Source: an uncultured Nitrospiraceae bacterium
Lineage (GTDB): Bacteria > Nitrospirota > Thermodesulfovibrionia > Thermodesulfovibrionales > SM23-35
Direction of reading: 5' to 3'
DNA length: 64,000 bases
NCBI GenBank assembly: GCA_963727775.1
Contig: CAVSHB010000002.1
Coordinates: forward strand, 96,001-160,000
How positions within the stretch are numbered: the stretch's first letter is position 1; each line of letters starts with the position of its first letter. Positions 40,375 to 50,006 of the stretch are shown one piece after another. The notes under the pieces are model-generated. The model did not search any database. It was not told where the DNA came from and saw nothing but the letters and a program-made list of their open reading frames with translations. Made by a program: the position numbers and the translations under genes.

Positions 40375-41022
40375 ATGAGAATTGTGTTGTTAGGCGCGCC
40401 GGGGGCAGGTAAAGGGACCCAGGCCAAGAAGCTGATTGAAAAATACGGAATGCCGCAGATTTCAACGGGAGATCTTTTGAGGGCAGCTGTCGGCGCGGGA
40501 ACTCCCCTGGGTAAAGAAGCTAAATCTTACATGGACAAAGGTGAGCTTGTTCCCGACAGGGTTGTATTGGGGATGGTTGAAGAAAGGCTCAAACAGGATG
40601 ACTGTAAGAAAGGCTACATACTCGATGGATTTCCGAGGAATACTGCACAGGCAGAAGCTTTAGACAAGATGCTCGGTACCTTGGGCATGTCCTTAAGCGC
40701 GGCCTTGAGTGTGGATGTGCCGTTTGAAGATCTGATGAAGAGGCTTACAGGCAGAAGGACATGTAAGGCCTGCGGGCAGATGTACAATATTTATTTCAAG
40801 CCCCCTGCAAAAGAAGGCGCGTGCGACAAGTGCAGCGGCGAATTGTTCCAGAGGGACGATGATAAGGAAGCGACCATAAAGAAGAGGCTTGAGGTATATA
40901 ATGCTCAAACCGCTCCTCTGATCGATTATTACGGAAAGAAAGGCATAGTGAAGTCTGTTACCGGGACCGGAAACATTGACGATATATTCAAGAAAGTTTG
41001 CGAAACATTAGGGCTGAAATAA
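40375..41022 (+). CDS. adk: Adenylate kinase with zinc-binding lid
   Basis: GAPGAGKGT, LDGFPR, CxxC...CxxC lid. Confidence 0.96.
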   Translation: MRIVLLGAPGAGKGTQAKKLIEKYGMPQISTGDLLRAAVGAGTPLGKEAKSYMDKGELVPDRVVLGMVEERLKQDDCKKGYILDGFPRNTAQAEALDKMLGTLGMSLSAALSVDVPFEDLMKRLTGRRTCKACGQMYNIYFKPPAKEGACDKCSGELFQRDDDKEATIKKRLEVYNAQTAPLIDYYGKKGIVKSVTGTGNIDDIFKKVCETLGLK

Positions 41023-41068
41023 GAAAATTCAAGGTTTGCCTTGAAAATATAAATAAGGAGGAAATAGT

Positions 41069-42289
41069 ATGGCTTTAGTAAATCCACTTGGTAAAGAGAA
41101 AAAACTTAAACCCCTATTACTGACAGGGGCGGCACTGGATGCAGAGAAGAAAAAAGCAGCAGGTCTGAAGAAGATCAATATCGGCTCACGCGAAACCGGT
41201 GACCTCATCATGATGGGTATCGGCGGTTTCACCCCGCTGACCGGCTTCATGACAAAGGCCGACTGGAAGGGCGTTTGCGCGGATATGAAGATGGCTGACG
41301 GTCAATTCTGGCCGATCCCGATCACGGTTTCCGCATCGAAGGCCGATGCAGACGGCATCAAAGAGGGTGAGGAGATAGCCCTTTTCTCCACAGAGTTCAA
41401 CGAGATCATGGCGACTATGAAAGTCACCGAGAAATACACCATCGACAAGGCATATGAGTGCCAGCAGATTTACAGGACTACCGAGGTTGAACACCCCGGC
41501 GTCAAGATGGTCATGGATCAAGCTGAAGTGAACCTCGCCGGCCCGGTCAAGGTTTTGAGCGAAGGCACCTTCCCGACTGAATATCCGGGTCTCTATCAGC
41601 GCCCTGCTGAGACCAGAAAGTCATTTGAGGAAAAAGGCTGGAGCCGCGTAGCAGCATTCCAGACCAGAAACCCGATGCACCGTTCACACGAATTCCTCGC
41701 AAAGATAGCTGTTGAAGTGTGCGACGGCGTATATATCCATATGCTCCTTGGAAAATTGAAACCTGGTGACATTCCGTCGGATGTAAGACAGAAATGTATT
41801 GATGTGCTCGTAGAAAAATACTTTGTCAAGAATACCGTCCAGGTTGGCGGTTATCCTCTTGATATGAGATATGCCGGTCCGAGAGAGGCCCTGCTGCATG
41901 CAGTATTCAGGCAGAATTACGGTTGCAGCCATCTTATCGTAGGCCGCGACCATGCAGGCGTCGGCGAGTACTATGGTCCTTTTGATGCCCAGAAGATTTT
42001 TGAAGAGATCCCGGCCGGTTCATTGGAGACCAAGCCGCTGAAGATCGACTGGACCTTCTATTGCAACGCATGTGAAGGCATGGCTTCCCAGAAGACCTGC
42101 CCGCACGGCAAAGACGACAGGATATTGCTCAGCGGAACAAAGCTGAGAAAGATGCTTTCCGAGGGCGAAACGGTCACAACGAAGTTCAGCCGGCAAGAAG
42201 TCCTCGATATCCTTCAAGCATACTACGCAGGGCTTACCGAGAAGGTCGAGATCAAACTGCACAAATATGCAGAAGGCGAAAAGAAATAA
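41069..42289 (+). CDS. sat: Sulfate adenylyltransferase
   Basis: [35 protein letters not shown]. Confidence 0.96.
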   Translation: MALVNPLGKEKKLKPLLLTGAALDAEKKKAAGLKKINIGSRETGDLIMMGIGGFTPLTGFMTKADWKGVCADMKMADGQFWPIPITVSASKADADGIKEGEEIALFSTEFNEIMATMKVTEKYTIDKAYECQQIYRTTEVEHPGVKMVMDQAEVNLAGPVKVLSEGTFPTEYPGLYQRPAETRKSFEEKGWSRVAAFQTRNPMHRSHEFLAKIAVEVCDGVYIHMLLGKLKPGDIPSDVRQKCIDVLVEKYFVKNTVQVGGYPLDMRYAGPREALLHAVFRQNYGCSHLIVGRDHAGVGEYYGPFDAQKIFEEIPAGSLETKPLKIDWTFYCNACEGMASQKTCPHGKDDRILLSGTKLRKMLSEGETVTTKFSRQEVLDILQAYYAGLTEKVEIKLHKYAEGEKK

Positions 42290-42359
42290 TTCTTATTTAA
42301 GAAAAAATAAGATAAGCTGCACAGTATTTGAAAAACGATAAATCATATATTTATGAATA

Positions 42360-42395
42360 GCAGGCGTAAGTGGGGGCGATCCTTACTTCGCCTGC
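42360..42395 (+). promoter_or_regulatory. Stem-loop between sat and aprB
   Basis: gcaggcg...cgcctgc stem with inner aagtgggg/ccttactt; no U-tract. Confidence 0.45.
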
Positions 42396-42499
42396 ATAAT
42401 TAGGTTTATTGAAGGAAAGGAGGTGGAAGACAGTCAGGTTCTCAGTTATAGTTTTTCATCAATACTTTAACTTATAACAATAAAAGGAGGTGCATTTAA

Positions 42500-42919
42500 A
42501 TGCCAAGTTTTGTAATTACTGAAAAGTGTGACGGATGCAAGGCAGGGGACAAGACTGCATGTCAGTATATCTGTCCTCACGATCTCATGATCCTCGACAG
42601 AGATAAGATGAAGGCTTACAATCAGGAGCCGGAACAGTGCTGGGAGTGCTTTAACTGTGTAAAGATCTGCCCGCAGCAGGCGGTCGAGGTGAGAGGCTAT
42701 TCAGACTTTGTTCCACTCGGATCCCAGACTATTCCTTTGAGAGGTTCTGATAATATCATGTGGACGATCAAGTTCAGAAGTGGTCTGACCAAGAGGTTCA
42801 AATTCCCCATCAGGACTACAGTGGAAGGCACCGTTGATCCATATGCAGGCAAACCAGAGCCTGATTTTGCAACTATTAAAAAGCCGGGCTTCTTTAATAG
42901 CCCAGCAAGAACTGAATAA
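42500..42919 (+). CDS. aprB: Adenylylsulfate reductase beta subunit
   Basis: KCDGCK...CQYICPHDLM, CWECFNCVKICP, IMWTIKFR. Confidence 0.96.
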   Translation: MPSFVITEKCDGCKAGDKTACQYICPHDLMILDRDKMKAYNQEPEQCWECFNCVKICPQQAVEVRGYSDFVPLGSQTIPLRGSDNIMWTIKFRSGLTKRFKFPIRTTVEGTVDPYAGKPEPDFATIKKPGFFNSPARTE

Positions 42920-42937
42920 TCGAGGAGGTGAATATAA

Positions 42938-44941
42938 ATGGAAAAAGAAACTTGTACGTTTTCATATTGCAAGAAACCCGAAGTAACTGAAGTTGACTGT
43001 GATCTCCTGATCATGGGCGGCGGTATGGCCGGCTGCGGTGCAGCTTTTGAGGCGTGCCGCTGGGCAAACGCGAAAGGAATGAAAGTAGTATTGGTCGATA
43101 AGGCTGCAACTGACAGAAGCGGCGCTGTCGCAATGGGTCTCTCCGCTATCAACACATACGTCGGCGAAAATAAAGTCGCTGATTATGTCAAATATGTCAG
43201 AAACGACCTTATGGGCATCATCAGGGAAGACCTTGTATTCGACCTCGGAAGGCATGTGGATAATTCAGTCCAGTGTTTTGAAGAGTGGGGACTCCCCATC
43301 TGGAAAAAAGGCGATGACGGATTCTCAATGGACGGCCACCAGGCTATTGCAGCCGGGAAAAAATCCCTGAAGGAAGGCGGCACACCGGTAAGAACCGGTA
43401 AATGGCAGATCATGATCAACGGCGAGTCATACAAGGTCGTCGTTGCAGAGGCTGCAAAAAAGGCCCTTGAGACCAACAGGGCTGCAACCGGTATGGCACA
43501 GAACCATTTTGAAAGGGTATTTATCGTTAAGGCTGTAATGGATACAAACGGCAAGAACGTTGCCGCAGCCATCGGATTCAGCACAAGAGAAAACAAGATC
43601 TACTCATTTAAAGCAAAGGCAATGCTCTGTGCAACTGCCGGAGCGGTCAATTGTTTCAGACCGAGGTCGGTCGGTGAAGGTATGGGCAGGACTTGGTACC
43701 CGGTGTTTTGCGCCGGTTCAGGTTATGCATTCGGCATGCAGGCCGGTGCAGAGTTGACCCTTATGGAGAACAGGTTCGTCCCTGCAAGGTTTAAGGACGG
43801 TTATGGACCGGTCGGCGCATGGTTCCTCTTCTTCAAGGCAAAAGCTACTGACAGCTATGGTGAAGACTATTGCACCAATAAAGAGTACTTTGACGATGCA
43901 GTCGCAAGATATGGCGACTATGCAAAGAATTTGGGTACAGCCATCAGGAACCATCTCATGATGAGGGCCATGAGGGACGGTAAGGGCCCGATCCTTATGC
44001 AGACCCCTGCAGCGCTGGAAACAATCTCCAAGAACATGAAAGAGAAGCTCGGTGAAAAAGAAGGCGCCAAGCAGGTCAAGCACCTTGAAGCAGAGGCCTG
44101 GGAAGACTTCCTTGATATGGCTATCGGACAGGCATCTCTCTGGGCGGCAAGTAATATTGAGCCGGACAAGGTTGCTTCCGAGATCATGCCGACAGAGCCT
44201 TATCTCCTCGGTTCACATGCGGGCTGCGCAGGGTTCTGGGTAAGCGGTCCTGGCGATCTTCCAGGCACACCCGAACATTATTCCTGGGGATATAACAGAA
44301 TGACAACCGTACCCGGTCTCTTCATGGCTGGCGACGTTGTCGGCGCCTCAGGCCACAAATTTTCATCCGGTTCTCACGCAGAAGGCAGAATGGCAGCCAA
44401 GGCAGCATTGGCATACATCCTCGATCACGCTGATTACAAGCCGTCACCCAAATTATCTCTTGACGAGATTGCAGCTGAACTCTATCTTCCGTTCGAGATC
44501 TATGAGAAATACAAAGTCTACACAACCGATCCCGTGATTAACCCTAATTACATTGGTCCAAAAGCACTCCAGGCGAGGCTGATGAAAATCGCTGATGAAT
44601 ATTTTGGTGGTTGCTCTACCTGGTATATGACCTCAAAGACCATGCTTGAGGAAGGGCTCAGAAAACTTGACATGCTCAAAGAGGACTGCAACAAAATGGC
44701 AGCAGCCAACCTCCATGAGCTCTTAAGGTGTTTTGAGAACTACCACAGAATTCTTTCGGTCGAGGCACATGCACGGCATATCCTCTTCAGGGAAGAGTCC
44801 AGATATCCTGGATACTACTACAGGGGTGACTTCAATAAGATTGATGACGCCAACTGGAAATGCTTCACAAACTCCGTGTACCATGCTGATACCAACACTT
44901 GGGACTTTAAGAAAGTACCATATGTTCAGATGTACCCGTAG
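42938..44941 (+). CDS. aprA: Adenylylsulfate reductase alpha subunit
   Basis: RSGAVAMGLSAINTY, GKWQIMINGESYK, EAWEDFLDM, HKFSSGSHAEGR, EESRYPG. Confidence 0.97.
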   Translation: MEKETCTFSYCKKPEVTEVDCDLLIMGGGMAGCGAAFEACRWANAKGMKVVLVDKAATDRSGAVAMGLSAINTYVGENKVADYVKYVRNDLMGIIREDLVFDLGRHVDNSVQCFEEWGLPIWKKGDDGFSMDGHQAIAAGKKSLKEGGTPVRTGKWQIMINGESYKVVVAEAAKKALETNRAATGMAQNHFERVFIVKAVMDTNGKNVAAAIGFSTRENKIYSFKAKAMLCATAGAVNCFRPRSVGEGMGRTWYPVFCAGSGYAFGMQAGAELTLMENRFVPARFKDGYGPVGAWFLFFKAKATDSYGEDYCTNKEYFDDAVARYGDYAKNLGTAIRNHLMMRAMRDGKGPILMQTPAALETISKNMKEKLGEKEGAKQVKHLEAEAWEDFLDMAIGQASLWAASNIEPDKVASEIMPTEPYLLGSHAGCAGFWVSGPGDLPGTPEHYSWGYNRMTTVPGLFMAGDVVGASGHKFSSGSHAEGRMAAKAALAYILDHADYKPSPKLSLDEIAAELYLPFEIYEKYKVYTTDPVINPNYIGPKALQARLMKIADEYFGGCSTWYMTSKTMLEEGLRKLDMLKEDCNKMAAANLHELLRCFENYHRILSVEAHARHILFREESRYPGYYYRGDFNKIDDANWKCFTNSVYHADTNTWDFKKVPYVQMYP

Positions 44942-44950
44942 TTGATATCG

Positions 44951-44982
44951 AATGGGGAGGGCAAAGCCCTCCCCATTTTTTT
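44951..44982 (+). terminator. Rho-independent terminator after aprA
   Basis: atggggagggc-aaa-gccctccccat followed by a T run. Confidence 0.85.
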
Positions 44983-45118
44983 AGAGTCTCAGATAAGCTT
45001 TTTGCCGGTGGTTATGCTATAATACACCCCGTTTTCAATTAGTTAGTAGGTTAGAAAGAGATGGTTATACAAGGTATGGTCGCCTCTTTGTGACTTACTG
45101 CCTTGAAGGAGGGTTAAT

Positions 45119-46378
45119 ATGGCAGAAAATAAAAAGGTTCTTGTAGTCGGAGGCGGTATGAGCGGGCTCACCGCTGCGATTGAAACGGCGGAAGCAGGGC
45201 TTGAGTCTTATATCGTAGAGAAAAGTCCGTATCTTGGTGGAAGGGTTGCACAGATCAATAAGTATTTCTGGAAACTCTGTCCTCCCACCTGTGGTCTTGA
45301 GATGCAGTTCAAAAGGATTAAGAATAATCCTCGCATCAAATTCTTTACACTCGCAGAGGTCCAGGAAATCAAGGGTGAGGAAGGTAACTTTGAGGTGACC
45401 GTGAAGGTGCACCCGAGATATGTGAATGACAAGTGTGTCGGCTGCGATGCGTGTGCTCAGGCCTGCCCGTCTCAGCGGGACAACGATTTTAATTTCGGCA
45501 TGAACAAGACAAAGGCTGCGTACCTGCCGTTCGAACAGGCTTTCCCATTTCAGTATGTGATTGACGGATCGTCCTGCTCGAAGGACTGTATGAAACCGTG
45601 TCTTGAGGCTTGTAAATATGACGCAATCGACCTCGATATGAAGCCTGAAACGATCAACCTGAAAGTTGGCGCAATTGTCCTGGCCGCCGGATGGAAACCC
45701 TATGATACGGGGAAATTGGATATTCTCGGTGCAGGTAAGATTCAGAATGTTATTACCAATATGATGATGGAGAGGTTGGCAGCGGGCGATGGGCCGACAG
45801 ACGGCAAAATCGTGCGCCCCTCGGACGGAAAGGAAGTCAAGAACATTGCTTTCGTCCAATGCGCCGGGTCGAGAGACGAAAACCATCTCCCCTACTGTTC
45901 CTATATTTGTTGCCTGGCCACGCTGAAACACGCAATGTATATGAAGGAGCAATATCCGGACTCGAAGATACAGATCTTCTACATTGATATCAGGACCCCG
46001 GGCCTTTATGAAAACAGGTTTTACTGGAAGATAAAGGATGATCCCAGTGTCGTTTTTACAAAAGGAAAGGTCGCGGGGATCACGGAAGAAGCGGGCACAA
46101 AGGACGTGATTGTCGAGGTTGAAGATATTTATGCGGGAAAGAAGATTAAGGCAAAGTTCGACATGGTTGTTCTCGCAACCGGCATGGAAGTCTCGACCAA
46201 GGGATCAAATGTCGGGATTGATATCCCGTATACGCCGGATGGCCTTATTGACGATGGGGCCTTGAAAAAGGGGATTTATGCAGTGGGAACGCTTAAGAGC
46301 CCTGCTGATGTAGCAAGATCAGTCCAGGATGCGACTGGTGTGGCTATCAAGTGCATCCAGAGCGTGAATAGGAGGTAG
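45119..46378 (+). CDS. qmoA: Qmo complex subunit A (HdrA-like)
   Basis: VVGGGMSG, KLCPPTCGLE, VQCAGSRDENHLPYCS; directly after aprA. Confidence 0.92.
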   Translation: MAENKKVLVVGGGMSGLTAAIETAEAGLESYIVEKSPYLGGRVAQINKYFWKLCPPTCGLEMQFKRIKNNPRIKFFTLAEVQEIKGEEGNFEVTVKVHPRYVNDKCVGCDACAQACPSQRDNDFNFGMNKTKAAYLPFEQAFPFQYVIDGSSCSKDCMKPCLEACKYDAIDLDMKPETINLKVGAIVLAAGWKPYDTGKLDILGAGKIQNVITNMMMERLAAGDGPTDGKIVRPSDGKEVKNIAFVQCAGSRDENHLPYCSYICCLATLKHAMYMKEQYPDSKIQIFYIDIRTPGLYENRFYWKIKDDPSVVFTKGKVAGITEEAGTKDVIVEVEDIYAGKKIKAKFDMVVLATGMEVSTKGSNVGIDIPYTPDGLIDDGALKKGIYAVGTLKSPADVARSVQDATGVAIKCIQSVNRR

Positions 46379-46380
46379 GG

Positions 46381-48609
46381 ATGGAGAAAAAATACGGAGT
46401 ATACATTTGTAAAGGATGTGGAATCGGGGAATCCATTGACATAGAGAAGCTCGCCAAGGCAGCAAAGAAAGGGCCGTTTAAAGAAGAGAACATCAAAGTC
46501 CATGACGTGCTTTGCAGTCCGGAGGGACTACAGTTGATAAAGGGTGATACCAAGAAAGATGGGATCAACACTATTATTATTGCGGCCTGTTCCCCCAGGG
46601 TCAAGTATGAAGAGTTTGATTTTCCCGGCTGCATAGTCGAGCGGGTGAACATAAGAGAATTCGTGGCGTGGACGCAGCCTCCCAAGACTGACGACACCCA
46701 AAGTCTCGCAGAAGATTATATGATCATGGGCGCTGTGAAGGTGCAGAAAAGCGATCTGCCCGAACCGAAAATCCTTGAAAATCTCAGTAAGACAATCCTG
46801 GTGGTCGGCGGCGGTATCACCGGCATGACGGCGGCGCTTGAATCTGCCAAGGCCGGTTATCAGGTCGTCCTGGTTGAGAAAGAGGCCCAGCTTGGAGGGT
46901 TTGCAAATAAATTGTATAAAAAGGTCCCCACAAGGGATTTTACAAATCCTGTGATTGTAGATACAGAGATCAATAAGGTTATCGCCGAGGTCGAGAGCAA
47001 TCCGAATATTAAGGTCTATAAATCGGCAAAGCTTGAAAGGACAGAAGGCCAGCCGGGTTTGTATGACGTGACCATAACTTCAAGCACCGGGTCTGAGACT
47101 GTAAAGGCCGGGGCCGTCGTGCTTGCGACGGGCTGGGTCCCCTACGATGCAACCAAGCTGGATTATCTCGGATACGGCAAGTTCAAGAATGTGGTGACGA
47201 ACCTGGAATTTGAGGATATCGCGAGGAAAGGCGTTATTGTCCGTCCGTCGGACGGCAAAGAGGCAAAAAAAGTCGCCTTTATTCAGTGTGCCGGACAGAG
47301 GGATCCGAACCATCTTCCCTATTGTTCTTCCATGTGCTGCGTCACTTCTCTGAAGCAGGCGCGCTATGTAAGACAGAGCCAGGACGCCTTGGCGATGATC
47401 CTATATAAGGATATCAGAACGCCGGGACGGCTCGAGGCCTTTTACCGCGAAGCGCAGAACGATCCCGGCATTATGCTCACCAAAGGCGATGTGACCGGGG
47501 TTGCCGATGCAGGGAACGGAAATATGTTTGTTGAAATGGAAAAATCCCTTCTTGGGGACAAGATAAAGGTAGAAGCAGACCTCGTGGTACTTGCTGCGGG
47601 AATGGTTCCTACCACGAGGGCACCGCAGGAATACCTCGACGGACTTACGGTGGCTGCCTCGCAAGGCGATGATGCAAAGAAGGCATATTTAGAAACAACC
47701 CCGAAGCCGGAGTTCATTTTGAACCTCGCCTACAGGCAGGGCCCTGAGCTTCCGAGCCTTGAGGGCGCGGCCGGTTTCGCCGATTCAAATTTCATCTGTT
47801 TCCAGTATGAGACGAGAAGAACCGGCATCTATGCCGCAGGCCCGGTAAGACAGCCGATGAACATGACCGAGGCCCAGGAAGACGCCGCCGGCGCCGCCTT
47901 TAAGGCGATACAGTGCATCGATCATGTTGCCCAAGGTATGGCGGTCCACCCGAGGACATGGGACATCACTTTCCCTGACCCTCAGCTTATCAGATGCACG
48001 GCCTGCAAGAGGTGTACGGAGGAATGTCCCTTCGGTGCGATTGAAGAAGACGCGAAAGGTATACCTACATATATGCCTAACAGGTGCAGAAGGTGTGGAA
48101 CCTGTATGGGAGCGTGCCCTGAAAGAATCGTATCGTTCAAGGACTACAGCATAGATCTGATAGGCTCAATGATCAAATCGATAGATGTGCCGGAGGAAGA
48201 GTTCAGAATTATCTCACTTGTATGTGAAAACGATGCGTATCCGGCATTGGATACAATGGCACTTCAACACAAGTCCATTGACCCGAGTGTTCGCTTTGTG
48301 CCGTTAAGATGCCTCGGCGGAATGCACCTTGTATGGATTGCAGACGCTTTTTCAAAGGGGATTGATGGATTCCTCCTTATCGGATGTAAATTCGGTGAGA
48401 ACTATCAGTGCCATTTTGTGAAGGGAAGTGAGCTTGCAAGCGTCCGGTTCAGCAAGGTTGGTGAGACCCTGAACAAATTACAGCTTGAGGCGGAGCGGGT
48501 CAAGCTCCTGCAAGTTGCTATTGATGAATATCATAAGCTTCCGGACATGATCAATGAATTTGCCGCGAGGGTGAAGGAAATAGGCCATAATCCGTTCAAG
48601 GAATTCTAA
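46381..48609 (+). CDS. qmoB: Qmo complex subunit B (HdrA plus MvhD-like)
   Basis: FAD domain, ferredoxin CTACKRCTEECP, C-terminal CENDAYP/RCLG/QCHFVKGSEL. Confidence 0.93.
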   Translation: MEKKYGVYICKGCGIGESIDIEKLAKAAKKGPFKEENIKVHDVLCSPEGLQLIKGDTKKDGINTIIIAACSPRVKYEEFDFPGCIVERVNIREFVAWTQPPKTDDTQSLAEDYMIMGAVKVQKSDLPEPKILENLSKTILVVGGGITGMTAALESAKAGYQVVLVEKEAQLGGFANKLYKKVPTRDFTNPVIVDTEINKVIAEVESNPNIKVYKSAKLERTEGQPGLYDVTITSSTGSETVKAGAVVLATGWVPYDATKLDYLGYGKFKNVVTNLEFEDIARKGVIVRPSDGKEAKKVAFIQCAGQRDPNHLPYCSSMCCVTSLKQARYVRQSQDALAMILYKDIRTPGRLEAFYREAQNDPGIMLTKGDVTGVADAGNGNMFVEMEKSLLGDKIKVEADLVVLAAGMVPTTRAPQEYLDGLTVAASQGDDAKKAYLETTPKPEFILNLAYRQGPELPSLEGAAGFADSNFICFQYETRRTGIYAAGPVRQPMNMTEAQEDAAGAAFKAIQCIDHVAQGMAVHPRTWDITFPDPQLIRCTACKRCTEECPFGAIEEDAKGIPTYMPNRCRRCGTCMGACPERIVSFKDYSIDLIGSMIKSIDVPEEEFRIISLVCENDAYPALDTMALQHKSIDPSVRFVPLRCLGGMHLVWIADAFSKGIDGFLLIGCKFGENYQCHFVKGSELASVRFSKVGETLNKLQLEAERVKLLQVAIDEYHKLPDMINEFAARVKEIGHNPFKEF

Positions 48610-48652
48610 AAATTAGGATTGTCGACGACCTATCAGTATAGGGAGGATATAT

Positions 48653-49897
48653 ATGGAACAAGAGAAAATCGAGGCAGCAAAGGCGGGAGCAACAACAACT
48701 CCGGCACCTGAACCAAAGAAGGATGATGCCGTTATCGCATTGCCCGATCTGAATTTTGTCCAAGCGGTAATCAACGGCGGAGGAGAATCCTTAAAGAAGT
48801 GCTACCAGTGTGCGACATGCTCTGTGGTATGCAACCTGACACCGGCTGATAAACCTTTCCCGAGAAAAGAGATGATACACGCGCAATGGGGATTGAAGGA
48901 CAAGCTTTTCGGCAATCCTGATATTTGGCTGTGCCACCAGTGCAGCGACTGTACCGCGTATTGTCCGAGAGGCGCAAAACCCGGGGAGGTCCTGAATGTG
49001 GTGAGAAAATTGTCCATAGAAAACTATTCAGTTCCCAGTTTCCTGGGAAAGGCTGTCGGAAACCCGGGCGCACTGACACTCCTTCTCGCAATCCCTGCAG
49101 TTATCTTTCTCGCTATCCTTGCGGGCTTAGGCCATCTGAATCTGGAGAGCATCAGGAATGAAGCGGGAAAGATCGCGTACTCCTCTTTATTAAAGTCGTA
49201 CTACATCGACGGTGTGTTTGTCCCGATATTCATGTTTGCCGTAGCTTCCCTTAGTATCGGTGTTTACAAATACTGGAAAGACATGATACGAACAACAGGT
49301 ATTACGCCGAAAGGCAATATTGCGACCGCGATCACTGAAACCATCGGTGAAATACTCGCGCACAAGCGGTTCGAACAGTGCAATGTGACCAAAGACAGAA
49401 AGCTGGCCCATATGCTCGTATTTTTCAGCTTTATCGGACTCGCCATTACAACCGCATGGGCAGTCGTTTATTTATACGGATTTGAGATAATGGAAGCTAT
49501 GGGTAAAACACCCTACTCCTGGATGCTCGGACCGTCACCATATCCATTGACCGATCCTGTCAAGTGGCTTGGAAATGCCAGTGCTTTAGCGCTTTTGGCA
49601 GGCATAGTTATGGTCATCAATAACAGGAAGAAAAACGAGGAAAAAGCGGGGAAAGGCGGTTATTATGACTGGCTTTTCATCTATATCGTGTTTGCAATAA
49701 TGGCTACCGGCATTCTTTCCGAGTTAGTTAGGTTAGCTGATATTGCAGTTCTGGCTTACATAATATATTTCATTCACCTTGTTGTTGTATTTTTCCTTTT
49801 CGCATATGCCCCATTCTCAAAAATGGCTCATATGCTCTATAGGGCAACGGCAATGGTTTTTGCAAAAGCTACTGAAAGAGATGTCGAGGTTAAATAG
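48653..49897 (+). CDS. qmoC: Qmo complex membrane subunit C
   Basis: CYQCATCSVVC, FPRKEM, WLCHQCSDCTAYCPRG; six TM segments; PFSKMAH. Confidence 0.93.
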   Translation: MEQEKIEAAKAGATTTPAPEPKKDDAVIALPDLNFVQAVINGGGESLKKCYQCATCSVVCNLTPADKPFPRKEMIHAQWGLKDKLFGNPDIWLCHQCSDCTAYCPRGAKPGEVLNVVRKLSIENYSVPSFLGKAVGNPGALTLLLAIPAVIFLAILAGLGHLNLESIRNEAGKIAYSSLLKSYYIDGVFVPIFMFAVASLSIGVYKYWKDMIRTTGITPKGNIATAITETIGEILAHKRFEQCNVTKDRKLAHMLVFFSFIGLAITTAWAVVYLYGFEIMEAMGKTPYSWMLGPSPYPLTDPVKWLGNASALALLAGIVMVINNRKKNEEKAGKGGYYDWLFIYIVFAIMATGILSELVRLADIAVLAYIIYFIHLVVVFFLFAYAPFSKMAHMLYRATAMVFAKATERDVEVK

Positions 49898-50006
49898 TAT
49901 AATGTTGCAAGAAAATTTAAAAGGAGAAGGGAGGTGGAAGGTAAAAAACAAATTGCCTTATTTTCACTTTTCACTTAACTAAGAAAGCTTAAAAAGGAGG
50001 GATAGT

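Noticed and set aside
45095..45952. 285-aa minus-strand ORF and similar long antisense ORFs (for example 37805-38431, 58446-59330)
   Set aside because: They lie opposite well-supported genes and have no recognisable motifs; treated as shadow ORFs.
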